A stretch of 60,179 nucleotides of DNA, counting the filler, from Jimgerdemannia flammicorona (Eukaryota), in the NCBI GenBank assembly GCA_003990765.1. It is 3 parts of 3 records of this genome, joined end to end, with 100 filler letters (N's around TTAATTAATTAA, not from the genome) between each part and the next. Parts side by side here need not be neighbours in the genome. Positions count along the whole stretch, not along the records: positions 1 to 19,995 come from RBNJ01001783.1; 2 more parts are not named here. One strand, 5' to 3'. Both the position numbers and the translations under genes were made by a program. The notes under the pieces are model-generated. The model was given only the letters and a program-made list of their open reading frames with translations, made no database searches and was not told where the DNA came from. Below are positions 1-11,960 of this stretch, piece after piece; positions within the stretch are counted from its first letter, which is position 1, and the number at the start of each line of letters is the position of its first letter.

Positions 1-143
1 CCCCCCTTCTCCGACTTCCAAATCCGTTCTCTCCCTTCCCTTCTCTCACCCACACCACGAGTATACCGGACAGCATCCTTCTTCACAGCAACCGTTGTTG
101 TTAGGGTGTCTTGCCAGCTCCTCCTCTTCGACGCACAACGTTC

Positions 144-2759
144 ATGCAAACGAAACGAGCAACCCACTTCACAACGCACGCAGCTCTGAACAGCATGTCC
201 TCTATACATAGCAAAGTACCGCCCACTATCACCACTACAATGGCATCAACGCTATCCGTGGGCCCCTCACTCTCCTCCCCCACCTCCTTTCCCTCGGCCG
301 ACCCCGCCGGTCTGCAGACGCCGTTCCCGTCCCTTACGACGTCGACTCCGAACCCTTCCACATCCTTCGCCGCCTCCCGCAAGATCCGCAACATGAAGAA
401 CCTCTCCCTGGTCGTTGCCCCCGCTCGTGGTGCCATCTCCGCCCCGGCCTCCCCCGCCCTGAACCACACCAACAACGGCACCGCCCCGCAGGGCACCGCC
501 GCGGCCGGCGCTGGCGCGGGCCCCAGCTCGCTCCAGTCCATGACATCGTTCCGTGAGCAGCGTCGCACATCTACCCCGAGTTCTTTTTACTACCACGGCG
601 GAAAGGTCGCATCCAGTCCCACTCTGAGCTCCGTCCCTTCCACACCGCTGACCTCGGTTCCTATCTTCACACGGCGAGAGAATAACGCGAGCAACGGTCT
701 GCCCACCGCAGACCCCTATAAGTACGAGCCCGTCTGCATCCTGCCTATGCTCTATCTGGGCACCGAGCACAACGCCGCCAACCGTGAAGTCATGTCCCGG
801 CTTCGTGTCGACTATATCCTTAACGTCGCCAAAGAGGTCCAGAACCCGCATGAGGAGAGCGATTACTACCCGGACCGCGAGGAGCCCGAACCCATGGAGA
901 CCGAAGCCGAAGCCAGTTCGCCCACCCTCTCCATCTCCTCGTCTGCAAGCTCTTCTAGCAGCCTCTCGTCCTTCCACTCCAACATGTCCTCTAGTTCCTC
1001 CTACGAGCGCCCAGCAGAGCAGGATCGCATGGATGTCACTACAACTCGCGACGACGACGATGACGACCTCGATGACCCCTCCAAGTTCGTCTTCAACGTC
1101 CTTCCCCCCTCCAACCGCAACTCGCTTAATCTCCCTTTCGACGGCCTCGCCCCGCCCTCCACTCCAGGACCGTCCTCCACCTTCTTCCCAGAGGTACCCT
1201 CGACTCCGATCTCGGCCTACCACCCCATGTCGCCCTCGGCCTCCTCGGCCCCCTCGCTGCTCATCAGTCCACAGTCCCCGACGACCGATACGCCGCCGCC
1301 GCCGCCGCCACTGGCCCGCATCCACTACAAGAAGCTCCCGTGGACGCACAACCAGGAAAACCTCATGACAGACTTCGCCCGCGCCTTTGCCTTCATCGAC
1401 GAGGCTCGTGACGCCGGCCGCTCCGTCCTCGTCCATTGCCAGTGCGGCGTCTCCCGCTCCGCCTCCCTCGTCATTGCCTACGTCATGCGCGCACGCCGTA
1501 TGACACTCGACCAGGCATACGCATTCGTTAAGGAGCGCTCTCCATGGATCTCACCTAACATGGGCCTTGTCTACCAGCTCAAGGACTTTGAAAAGGCCAT
1601 TGGCGTTGGCGAGTGGGGCCGCAGGGCGTCTGTGAGTGGGTTCGGCGCGCGTTTAGCTGTCCGTCAAGGCGTGCCCGGCGCAGTGGCAAGGAAGGAGATG
1701 GAGCAGGCGAGACGAGAGGCTATGGAGAAGGCGGAGGTTGGAAATGGGAAGGAGAGCGAGGCAGTAGCGGAGCTGAAGAGGGAAGTGTTGGCGCATGCGG
1801 AAGGATTGCAGGAGAGCACAGGGAGGAAGAGGTCATTGCACATGCGCGGCGCTGAGAACGCGTTGGTGGCCGCTGGGACCGCGAGAGGAACGCTGATGCC
1901 CGTGGAGGAGAGCGAAGGTGAGGAGGCGACGAATGCAAGTGGTGGGGATGCGAAGAAGCGGGGGAATCTGAAGAAGAAGACAAGTACGGGGAGCCTGCTG
2001 GGGATTTTCTCGTCGTTGAGCTCGAAGGGACTATCGAAGAGTAGTAGCACCAAAGAGAAGGGAAAGGACAAGGATGCAATCGTTCCATCGCCTTCATCGT
2101 CGTCGTCCATCCTCAAGGCCTTGTCTGTGCCCCCGCTCTTCTCCTTGGGCCAGTCGTCAAGCTCGGCGCCAAGTCTCCCAACTCCGGGCCTACTCTCTCC
2201 ATCCTCCTCGCTCACGACCACGACCTCCACGGCCCCGTCCACCCCTATCAACCGCGACTTCTTCACGGGCTCCGCACCCACGACCCCGACCTCGACAACT
2301 TCCTCCCGGAAACGCCACCAGCGCCGCCCGCCCTCCATAGGCGGCTCCTCCCCGCGCCTCTCCTCCTCCTCTTCCGCTTCTCTCGCCTCGGCCATCACAT
2401 CCATCGCCTCGTCCCCGGCACGAACCCCGCTCTTCGCATCCGCGTCCTTCCTTGCTGGCAAGGCGGCCGCGGTCGGTATCGTCGCCGTTTCCGCTCCCTC
2501 TGGATCACACGACCCCATGGATATGGTCATCGACCCTCACGACGGTTTCCCGTACACAGAAAGTAGTGTCTTCTCCCCGACACGAATCACCACCCCGCCC
2601 GTCAACATGACCTCGTTCTCAGAGGTGCTCTCGTCAATCCTCGGTTCTGCTTCCGTCGCTTCAGGTGTAGCAGCTGCGACGTCCGTCGCTGTAGGCGTCT
2701 CGGGCGCCGCTGTCGTGTCTGCGATGGCGGGGAGGGAGGCGAGAGTAGTGGAGCTGTGA
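144..2759 (+). CDS. Dual-specificity (MAPK) protein phosphatase, Msg5/Pmp1-like
   Basis: Single long ORF. Catalytic HCQCGVSRS (HCxxGxxRS) loop plus AYVM and ISPNMGLVYQL motifs. N-terminal RNMKNLSL resembles the Msg5 MAPK-docking motif. Start could be ATG 144, 195 or 240. Confidence 0.88.
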   Translation: MQTKRATHFTTHAALNSMSSIHSKVPPTITTTMASTLSVGPSLSSPTSFPSADPAGLQTPFPSLTTSTPNPSTSFAASRKIRNMKNLSLVVAPARGAISAPASPALNHTNNGTAPQGTAAAGAGAGPSSLQSMTSFREQRRTSTPSSFYYHGGKVASSPTLSSVPSTPLTSVPIFTRRENNASNGLPTADPYKYEPVCILPMLYLGTEHNAANREVMSRLRVDYILNVAKEVQNPHEESDYYPDREEPEPMETEAEASSPTLSISSSASSSSSLSSFHSNMSSSSSYERPAEQDRMDVTTTRDDDDDDLDDPSKFVFNVLPPSNRNSLNLPFDGLAPPSTPGPSSTFFPEVPSTPISAYHPMSPSASSAPSLLISPQSPTTDTPPPPPPLARIHYKKLPWTHNQENLMTDFARAFAFIDEARDAGRSVLVHCQCGVSRSASLVIAYVMRARRMTLDQAYAFVKERSPWISPNMGLVYQLKDFEKAIGVGEWGRRASVSGFGARLAVRQGVPGAVARKEMEQARREAMEKAEVGNGKESEAVAELKREVLAHAEGLQESTGRKRSLHMRGAENALVAAGTARGTLMPVEESEGEEATNASGGDAKKRGNLKKKTSTGSLLGIFSSLSSKGLSKSSSTKEKGKDKDAIVPSPSSSSSILKALSVPPLFSLGQSSSSAPSLPTPGLLSPSSSLTTTTSTAPSTPINRDFFTGSAPTTPTSTTSSRKRHQRRPPSIGGSSPRLSSSSSASLASAITSIASSPARTPLFASASFLAGKAAAVGIVAVSAPSGSHDPMDMVIDPHDGFPYTESSVFSPTRITTPPVNMTSFSEVLSSILGSASVASGVAAATSVAVGVSGAAVVSAMAGREARVVEL

Positions 2760-3760
2760 GCTGCCCCTTCTCTTGGCCCTCTCCACTACCTGGTTTGGTT
2801 ATGTGTATTTTAACCCCTAGTCTTCAAGTCGCATATCTCTTCCTCCTCCGCTTTTGTGGGCTGGCGTCCTCGTAAGGCGTGTTCCGTTCACTTCCTCCTC
2901 CCTCCTCCCTAATCTTCCGACATACGCATCCCTCCACATCCACACGGCCCGTCTTCTTCCGAGGCGATGGCGCGCCCGCGTTGACGCGATCGCACCATTG
3001 GTCTCTTCATCCATCATCTTGAGAATTCCTTTCTGTCTAGGCAATATCAATGCTTGTCCCCGTCTTGTTTTTCTTTTTCTTTTTTCTTTTTTTGGTTTAT
3101 TTATCTGCATTTTACTTCCATCTGTGCATTTTATTTTCTTTTTCTTTCACTCATGGAGCTCTGTCCAGCACCACGCGCACATCATGCGGTTCGATTTGGT
3201 CTGTCTTCTTTGGTTGTCGTTTTTATGTTATCTTCATGTATCATATTTTTTTTGTATCTTTCTATGTTTTTTCCTCACCCGTCCCCTCACCCAAAATCGT
3301 CATGTCCTTCCGCCCATTCCCTTGCCTTCCATACTCCCTTGCTCCCGTCTTCCCCCAAACTTCAACAAACAAACTCCCTTCACTCTCCTTTCTTCTCCTC
3401 ACGTGTAATCACCAGCCCCCTCCATACCTTCACTTATGAATGCGTCACGCGCGGGAACACACGTCTCCCCCTTGGGTCGTTGGTCGTTTATTTCTTACAT
3501 CATGTTTGTTTACACATTGCTTCCGCACGGGTGCCACCATTTTCTTCCTTCTCGTTGTTTTTGTGGCCCCGTCGCGTTGTTGTCTTTGGGTGTCGATCGG
3601 GGTGCCGTGGACGGCCACCCTTCTCTTTCTTCTCATCATCAACCTTGTTTTCGGAAAAAACCTATTTTGTAATTCTTTGTTACCGCTGTGTCGTTGGTTA
3701 CGGATCGACAATTGTACAGATGATGCTAGTGAATGACAATCGAAGGGTGTTACCTTCGAA

Positions 3761-3808
<48 letters not shown>
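3761..3808. repeat. T19 run directly followed by A29 run
   Basis: Seen directly, downstream of the pyrimidine-rich phosphatase 3' region. Confidence 0.9.
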
Positions 3809-3811
<3 letters not shown>

Positions 3812-6800
3812 CCCAAAAAAAAAGACATACTGGTTAGGATGCTGTGTGCGATGAACGCATGGAGATTGTACTGGATTGGACTTAATTGCTTGGCGTAGCC
3901 GGTTTTCGGGTCAGGCCCCACGTCCAATCCAGAGCCGGCTATTATTGTACCTTCCACTGTTCGGTACGTGTCAGGTTGCGACAAGATATGGCCTGCATGC
4001 GCATGGTCCCAGCCCCCCAGGTTGCCCGCACGTCGCCCGCCTACATAAACCGCCCTGCCGCTCGTGTCGTCGTCGTGCCACAGAACCCCGGAGAGCCCCG
4101 TTCCATCTTGCGTCCACTGCCCGATCGTGATCATACACGTTTTCGTGCGACACCGGCTACGTTTGCCGATTGCCGCGAGGAGGACTTTGCTTTTCGTGAC
4201 GCCCGAGACTTTTTTTTTTTCTTGCGGGCGGAATAAAAGGAAGGCGATATTGCACTAATTTACGACATGGATACCAAGCTGTTGATGTTCGGGTGTTCAA
4301 TCAGCTTCATCCGTAGTAGTCAACCCCACCCGTAGCAAGTAAGGATGCTGGGACCCCCGCGCGACACCATCGTTTTATTTTTTCGGGAAATCCTTTTGTT
4401 TTTCCCTATTTCCTATCTCGACCGGGTTAAATTGTTTCTTTCGAAATCCACTAATATCATTTTGAAGACAGTTGCACAAATATGATTGACACACGCAGAT
4501 CCTTTTGGGGCTGGACTAGCATTGTTTGGAATGGTAAAAACGCCCGAAAGAATTTTTTTTGCCGGAACAAAGTCGGCGCTCTTTTTAATTATTCTCCGTG
4601 TTGCGTGAGTACGATTGGCACATGGGAATGCTTTGGCATTTGATGCGGAAGTGTTTTTCTTTTTCGATATATTGATTGATACACAGATAATTTATGTCGC
4701 TTCTGGAATTCTCGTCGAAAATTGTATACATATTATAAGGCGTCATCGAGCTGAAATGTCTGGCCTCATGCATCATAATTTGACAACATATATAGCAAGA
4801 AGTGGAGAAAAAACACTATATAAGGCAAGAATATGTATGTGTCATTGTGTCATCGAAGTGAACCGTGACAGCGAGCAGCGAGCCAAGCAATGGAACTATG
4901 ACTCCCGCGTTGTTGACTCATCATGGAGTTAATACATCTTCACATCCTAAATGATCTGCCGACGTCGTCATGGCGACTACGTATAACAAACGCTCAGCAG
5001 AAAAAAAACTCCCATTCGCCACGGCCTTGTCTCCCCCGGTGGCACTTTTTACGAGATCGTTGCGGGCCGCAAATCCATGTGTATTGTGGCGCAGCCTGTG
5101 CGGCCAGGGTGTGCAACAGTAACGTCAATAGTAATAATATGCTGTGGCAAACGAGGAAGGTCGGCGACGACGAATGTACATGAATGGGTCGCTTATCACC
5201 AGCAAATTTAACTATTGACGATCCTATGTTTCTAGGAATGCCCAAAAACGGGTGCCGGTATCCCCACGAAAGCTAGCATGATATTTGGCCTCGAGATTTG
5301 GCTCTTGCCTCCTCCCACGCTCGCGTAGTACGTTCCATGTATCTTGGTTGCTCAAGAAATTTTACGAAGAAGAGAGTTTTTTTTTTTTTTTTTTTTTATA
5401 TTTATTTATGACATACCGTGGCTATAACCCTCGTTTGAATTGGGCTTCCGTTCGTCGTAGAGCGTGGGAATAAAATCAACGAGCCTATCACATTTGAAAA
5501 ATAAAAATAAATAAGAAGATTGGTATCATGGCAGCCAGCAGCACATTTGAATCTAATAATATCAAATGACAGCCTCGTGGGACGAAATGAATTACAATTC
5601 AACAATTAGCAATCGGCTAGACATTAATTGGGGGTTTTCCTAACGTTAGGCATATGAGCATCAAGGCAGGGTGTGTATCGCATGCGCAATAATTAATATC
5701 GAATGATCTGGTCATCATGCCCATCAAGTGATTCATAAGTCCATATATGTTATATCAGTTCGTTAAGTTTTATTGCTAATGAAACAGGTCAACTCACGAG
5801 ATCATGTCGTCGAACACGTTTTTCGGGTTCGATTTATAAGCCTGTCCAGGTATCGGGTCAGCCGGCCGACAAATTTGTTCCTGGATGGTTGCTTTTGATT
5901 TTAAGACCATCTATCTCCTGCAGCATGTACTTGTGTAATCGGACAGTGTCGAACCTCAAAGCGCTTGTATTTTAGATACACTGTACTTTTGCTTGGACCA
6001 AGGGATCTGCTCGATTGTTGAAGGGTTGAGCTCTCGAGAAGCCATGGGCAATAAAAACGGTAACCTCATTGAAAAGTGATGTCACAGTCGCATATTGGGT
6101 CCCGATCCCCTTTTCGCGCTCGTACCAACTGGCTCCATCGTCTGACACAAGCTTGTCATCAAACTAGCTCGCTCATGATTTCTTGTCGATCCCATGCTAT
6201 TTTTACTTCCAATGCAGTTAAAAATGTTAACCAATTCGGAGACATCGACTGGGGTAAAGGAATACAATCAAAACTATTCAATTTATGCAATTTGTTAAAT
6301 TGGCACAGGGTAATAGAGGATCTGAGCATCAGACTTCCCTCGTGATTATTGTGTCGTGAAGTATGTGCTTCAAACGAAATACACGGTGCCTTAAGCTATA
6401 CAATTGTCTTGTTTTGTTGTGCAACTCTATTAATAATTGCGATCCACCGACTCCTTCCGATATTCAAATATTGTCACGCGCATTTATCCCCGTTCCATTT
6501 CTTTCTTAAAGTCGGTTGCTACTGTGAATAATTAATTGTAGCTCGAATTCATAAGCTCCTTAATATTTGATTGGCAGCTAGGACTGTAGTCAACGTGTAA
6601 TGCTGTGACAGAAATCCAAATACTTGTCTAAATGATAGCAGACGCATATTTACCTTTTTCTTTGCACGTATCGACGTTGTCAGAAACAGCGTGATTATCA
6701 TCGGATATGGTTTGAAGGCTTAATCTTTGAGAATGGGGAGGGTAACCGCCGTGTGATAGATATGCTTAATGTGTAGTATGTTTAAGCAAACCTAGCCCCA

Positions 6801-9800
6801 GTATCTGAAACGCACAAGTCGAAATACGGACCCAATGTCACACACGGAACTCAAAGAATTGGAGATATTGGCACAAAACGCTTACTGCCTCATTGAATAT
6901 GTGTAAAAGGTCAAGTATTTCGGCGACCGATTGTAATTTATTTTTATTTTTGCAAGACGAAGCCTCGCCACAGTTTGTCGTACCAGCACTCCATGAAGGC
7001 ACGGTCGCCAGGATATCAAGGCAATGGACACACAGCATCGTACAACAAATGCAGAACGCCCATGCCATCACACAGGCTTGCGGATCCCCAGCGCACGCTT
7101 TATCGCCTTCTCGCCCATACCGCCGAAGCCAACCCCACGACTACGCCTCCAGCAACTAGGGCTCTCGCATACCACCAACAAACGTCGATGTCACGGATTC
7201 ATTCGATAGGCCGACAAACCGAACCTGACGCTGTACACGAATCGAAGACCGAGGTCAACCTTGCAACCATTATATTTCGTACAACTCCATTATATGGTTA
7301 AATGTTATAAATGAATATGGCATACTACTTGTCTTTTTGCTCAATATGTTTGTTACGTTTGTATTGTAATATCATTAAACAGAAACGGTGACAGATATTG
7401 AAATAGTAATCATAGTCCAGTTAAATTGATTCAATTTGAATTATCTAATTTAAGACGCAATTCAACTTAACTAACCCGAATCAAATTAACTGATTTTAAT
7501 TAATCTCTAATTTGAACTCAGTTATTAGAACCAAAATAATTTGAACATCAGACAATTTAGTCCTCTTGAATAATTATATCTTCGAGCTTTTTATTTATTT
7601 TATTTTATTTTATTTTAAAAAAAAAGTACACCATGTCACGCGCATGAGTGCACAAATGAGTTAGCCCTCCAGATATGAATATTAAATACCCACAAAGTAG
7701 ATAATGTATGACAGGTACTCCTGCTGCCATACAGGGCTTTCAATCATCATCGCTGCAATCCTCAGGTTGGCGACGCGATAGGTTGTTCAGGTTCCATTCA
7801 GTTTTAACGGTTGCAGTTTGCATGGTGTAAAATTTAAGGCGTAGAAGAATGGTATGAGTTATATGTGTGAATGTACGAGACATCAATATGTAATTGCATA
7901 TACTTCAAAGTGGCACGTAAACATTGTGACGTAACATATTAGCAAGGGTTTGTGACCCCAACGTAAACGTACGCCTGATGGCATATCCATCTCCGAAGGC
8001 ACGAGTCTGAAAACAACATTTTATATTCTGTTGATAGAGTTGATATTATGTTTGCTGCGTTTGTCTCAAACCCACAATCGCGACACCAGATACTTGTTCT
8101 CAAGCATATACAAACCCTGTTTTCCGTGCCAAGTCGATTCCTAGAGTTTAATATTTATATTATAATACCTATATTATTATTATTATTAAGAAGAAAAAAA
8201 CCGGTTTGATGATAAAAAAATTACTCTGGTGTATGCTTTTTTGGTCTTGTCAAACAAAGATTCAAATGATAGAGACGACAGGAATTGACTACATCTCGTG
8301 AAATACCGAGATCCTTTTGGTGCTGATGGAGCATAGCCGTAGAGATCTTTCGGTTTATTCCAAGATTCCATTACAAGAAATACGCTCCATCGGATCACTG
8401 ACGTTGAGAACACATAATGGGAGACGGGGTTTAAGAGAGCCTCCTAGCGGTCCACCTGTCATCATTTTCCACCGATTGCATTAATTAGTCGACTTGAGAA
8501 TGGCACTTTTTTTTTTTTTTTTTTTTTTTGGTTGTTCATAGGGTGCTCCGTCCCATCTTTATTTCACGTTGGCGGATTGTAAAATTTATGCAAAATCGAA
8601 ATGTTCTTCAGGAGGCGCACTTCGATTCTTAACAACGACATGACCTCAAATAAGGACGACATTTCACCCGGCGAACCATCGACACACTATTTAACACAAA
8701 TTATATTACAGAGGCTGGGAAATGACAGGCTCGTGGTGTCGTTGAGCGAAGGATAGAAAATATTAAATGAATACAAAATCTATAAAAGACGCCCAACCCG
8801 AGATGAATATCGCGGACACTGATTGCGACGTGGAAATCTCTAATACCGCACCAAAGATTAAAGATTTCGACGAGCAGGCGATTCACGGTCAAGCCGGGTG
8901 CTTTCAGACATTGGTATTTCGGAAGCGCGTAGGGAGAATGTTTGATTTTCAATTTCCACAATTGTCGCTGCACGAAGAACATACGACAATGAGATGTCCG
9001 GCACGCCCAGATCTCCAGAGCATCTAGCAAGGAGAATATTGACCTCTTCCCCAACCCTATGAAAAATGTCAACGGCAAAATCCGATTCTTTAAGCCGTCA
9101 AACATCGGCATGGTAACAGTGAACTATACAGTTTCCCAACAAAGACGCACCTCTTAGACCTCATACTCTCTTTCTTCCTATATCCCAACAGAACAATTAC
9201 GTCTGCAGCAAGCCCTACCCCTTTCCGGTCTCAGGTACCACGATTACTCACGGTCCAAGCATAACAACGTACTAATTGCGTGATTTTGATCAAGCTGCCA
9301 CTGTGTTTTGAAATCTGCTTAATCGCAATTAATTCTATTCAAATTGGCATACCGCTACGAAATAATCATCGGACTATCGCAGAACAAAGACGGGCAGATT
9401 TACATACTGGCTGAGACGATCTACCCTGCCGTCTGGAACTTCATAAATGGGGTTGCACCCACAATGGCCGCGATCCAGACAGCGTCGTCTTTTCCCCCGC
9501 CGTTCGATCCAGGATTCCAGGACCTCCGTGAAGCTGGTTGCATATGGGCGGCTCAAGGACTTTGAAGAAAATAACATCAGACATTTACTACCTTGATGCA
9601 GCTGGTCACTAGGGTGCCGGCCTCGTGGGACCGCAGCGCAGCCGACCTGGCGGGATGCGAGAGGACATCAAACCGCAGAGGGCGTTGAGCGGCAGTCCGT
9701 AATGCCTATTCTTGCCAGTCACCAAAGCCTTCAGGACGACCAAAGACATCGGTTTGGCCGAGGGCAGGCTGTTGATGGAGCTGTCCGCGTGCTTGTTTAC

Positions 9801-10672
9801 CGGTTCCTCACAGGCAAACAGTTCTGCCAGATCTCGGAGATGCAGGTGGGTAAGTCTCAGTAATCCATGCATGAGGGCCGGCGAATTTAGACGTGCTAAC
9901 GCGGCCAAATTCCCTATCGAACGCCATCTGGGAATATAGGCGCGGAAAGGTTAGGCGCAGGGTATGGGGCACTGCTGGGAGTCTCCAAGTCGGACACCGT
10001 TCGAAAATAAGAAATACATCGCCCTGAACACATTCTAAAAAGAAAGAAGGTATTCAAAGTTATCATCCTTACTTTTGAATCTCGCCTTTTGATCGAAAAG
10101 AAGAATCACTACAGAGGAGAAATACACGAGTGCCTATTTCACGTATATACAATAACCGTCTTGGGCCATCACACGCGTGTTTCTCACGAATTGATGACAC
10201 AATCGGCGATTTCGGCTTATAGTATAAATAAATTTGTGGCCTCGATATCCTCGATATCAAGTAATTAATTACTCTATCACTCCCAACTTTAAGTTACTAT
10301 CTGGCCATCTCACGACGAGGGTGCCCGCTTTACATGCGGCGGACCCCGCACAACCTAATTTGCCATTCAGATCCCTTGGATACGACCTGGTTTATTTCAT
10401 GCGCAAGCTTCGCGTAAAATGCTGTAAAATACCGATCAGATGAGGAGAGCCGTTTCGCGTTGCGGTTGCTTTTTAATCGATAATAACTGCTGTATGTGTA
10501 TCAATTTTTCCGGATCTTCCGGCCTATTATACGTCATCTCTCACGTGATGGCGTTACATGATTAGGTGCTAATTAATAATAATAATATACAGAGATGACG
10601 AGAAGAAAAGAAAAAAAAATGCACCAATTTACAAGGGACAAAATACCCAACAGACCCGCTCGCACAAGGACA

Positions 10673-11960
10673 TCAATAATTCAAAGGTTTTCTCCCGTAT
10701 GCGTAGGGTGCCTTAAACCATGATCTGTTCTCTGTTAATCCGTCGATGAACATCTCGGTCAGCCGCACGTACTCGTCGTGCTTCACCCCCAACGCGGGCG
10801 CCAAAGTGGGCTCCATGGCCAAGTATAATAAAAAGATTTTGTACGCATGGAATTCGGCAATGGTTTCTCCCCATCCTATCGGAAATGACACGTAGTCTTC
10901 GATGACATCCGACATGCCGTGAGCTTTGAGAAGGTTTCCAATCTGCCAGGCGTAGGAAACGTCGATACCTCGGGACTTTGTTTCGGCGAGGGCTGGAAGA
11001 GAAATGAAAACTTACGCGTAAGCATCTGGCGATAATGAATAAGATTGCGCAAGCATCCAAAGGAGTAAGGCCCTCACCTGCATTCCACACCGTCATACTC
11101 ACAGGCGGCCTCTCTACAGTCGCCGCCTGCTCGAACAGTTCAAGCCACCCTCCCGGTTTCGTCACTCGCACCAACTCTCGTGTCACGGCATGCCAATCTT
11201 CGGGCGTGTATGACAAAACCATGAACCTTTGGAACACGTAGTCGAACTCCCCATCTTCGAACGGCAGGCTCTTCCGCACGTCGGCGTTGACAAAAGTACA
11301 GTTCACTGGTATATCTGATGTGGGATAGACCTCCGTCACGTCCACACCTGTAAAAGAGCTCCGAGGATAATCCTCAGCCATATCTCGAATCCACCGGCCG
11401 CTCCCGCAACCGAGCTCAAGGACCTTGATGCCTTCCTCGAGTTCTTCTTCTAAAGGAGCATTAAAGTTTCCGTGCAAGTGGTGTCTGCATTTGCACAGAT
11501 CGTTCAAGAAGTCAGTGGTCATGTCAAGAAGAGTATACTATGCAGATCAAATACTCTGCTATCCCGACAACCATGCTTCGGCCATCAACTCACCGCATGA
11601 TTATATGTTGCATGTCCCGTCTACTGATTTGTTCAGGCTCCTCATCAATTAACAGCATGTACCTTGACCTGACGTTGAATTTACGGTGATCAAACATCTT
11701 GAAGGAAGTTCGTTTGCGGGTTCGTTTGCGGGTTGACAAGAGCTATTGCCCTTGTTTCGAACAACGGCCCTGTACTTATTCGTGCGAAATATGATGGCGG
11801 GGTTTTATAGAGAAAGTGATTGATGAATCGATGGGAGGCTGTCACAAGCCAAAGTAACCTATCCTGTCGACTTCTTTGCGTTGTTACACCCGGAGAATCA
11901 AGAGGGAAGAACCAAACAGGGTTTAGACCGATTTCGGACCCTGCGGTATATTTTCGAATG
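10673..11960 (-). CDS. Class I SAM-dependent methyltransferase (fungal LaeA-like/TAM-type family), spliced; 5' end uncertain
   Basis: Exons 11594-11620, 11078-11484 and 10673-10992 have GT-AG boundaries. Motifs: QH..RHHLHGNFNAP, VLELGCGSGRW, LPFEDGEFDYVFQR, RVTKPGGWLE, YAYGRKP. An upstream exon (~11859-11960) is tentative. Confidence 0.85.

Noticed and set aside
101..2530. Long antisense and alternate-frame ORFs (e.g. 267-1436, 1664-2530)
   Set aside because: Shadows of the GC-rich phosphatase CDS
2854..3854. Hydrophobic Phe/Leu-rich ORFs resembling membrane proteins
   Set aside because: Produced by the T-rich low-complexity 3' flank; open in several frames with no motif
8701..9908. Possible decayed F-box/LRR-like gene on the minus strand (LLRLTHLHL, LDALEIWAC)
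   Set aside because: Only weak leucine patterns in short ORFs; no coherent exon model
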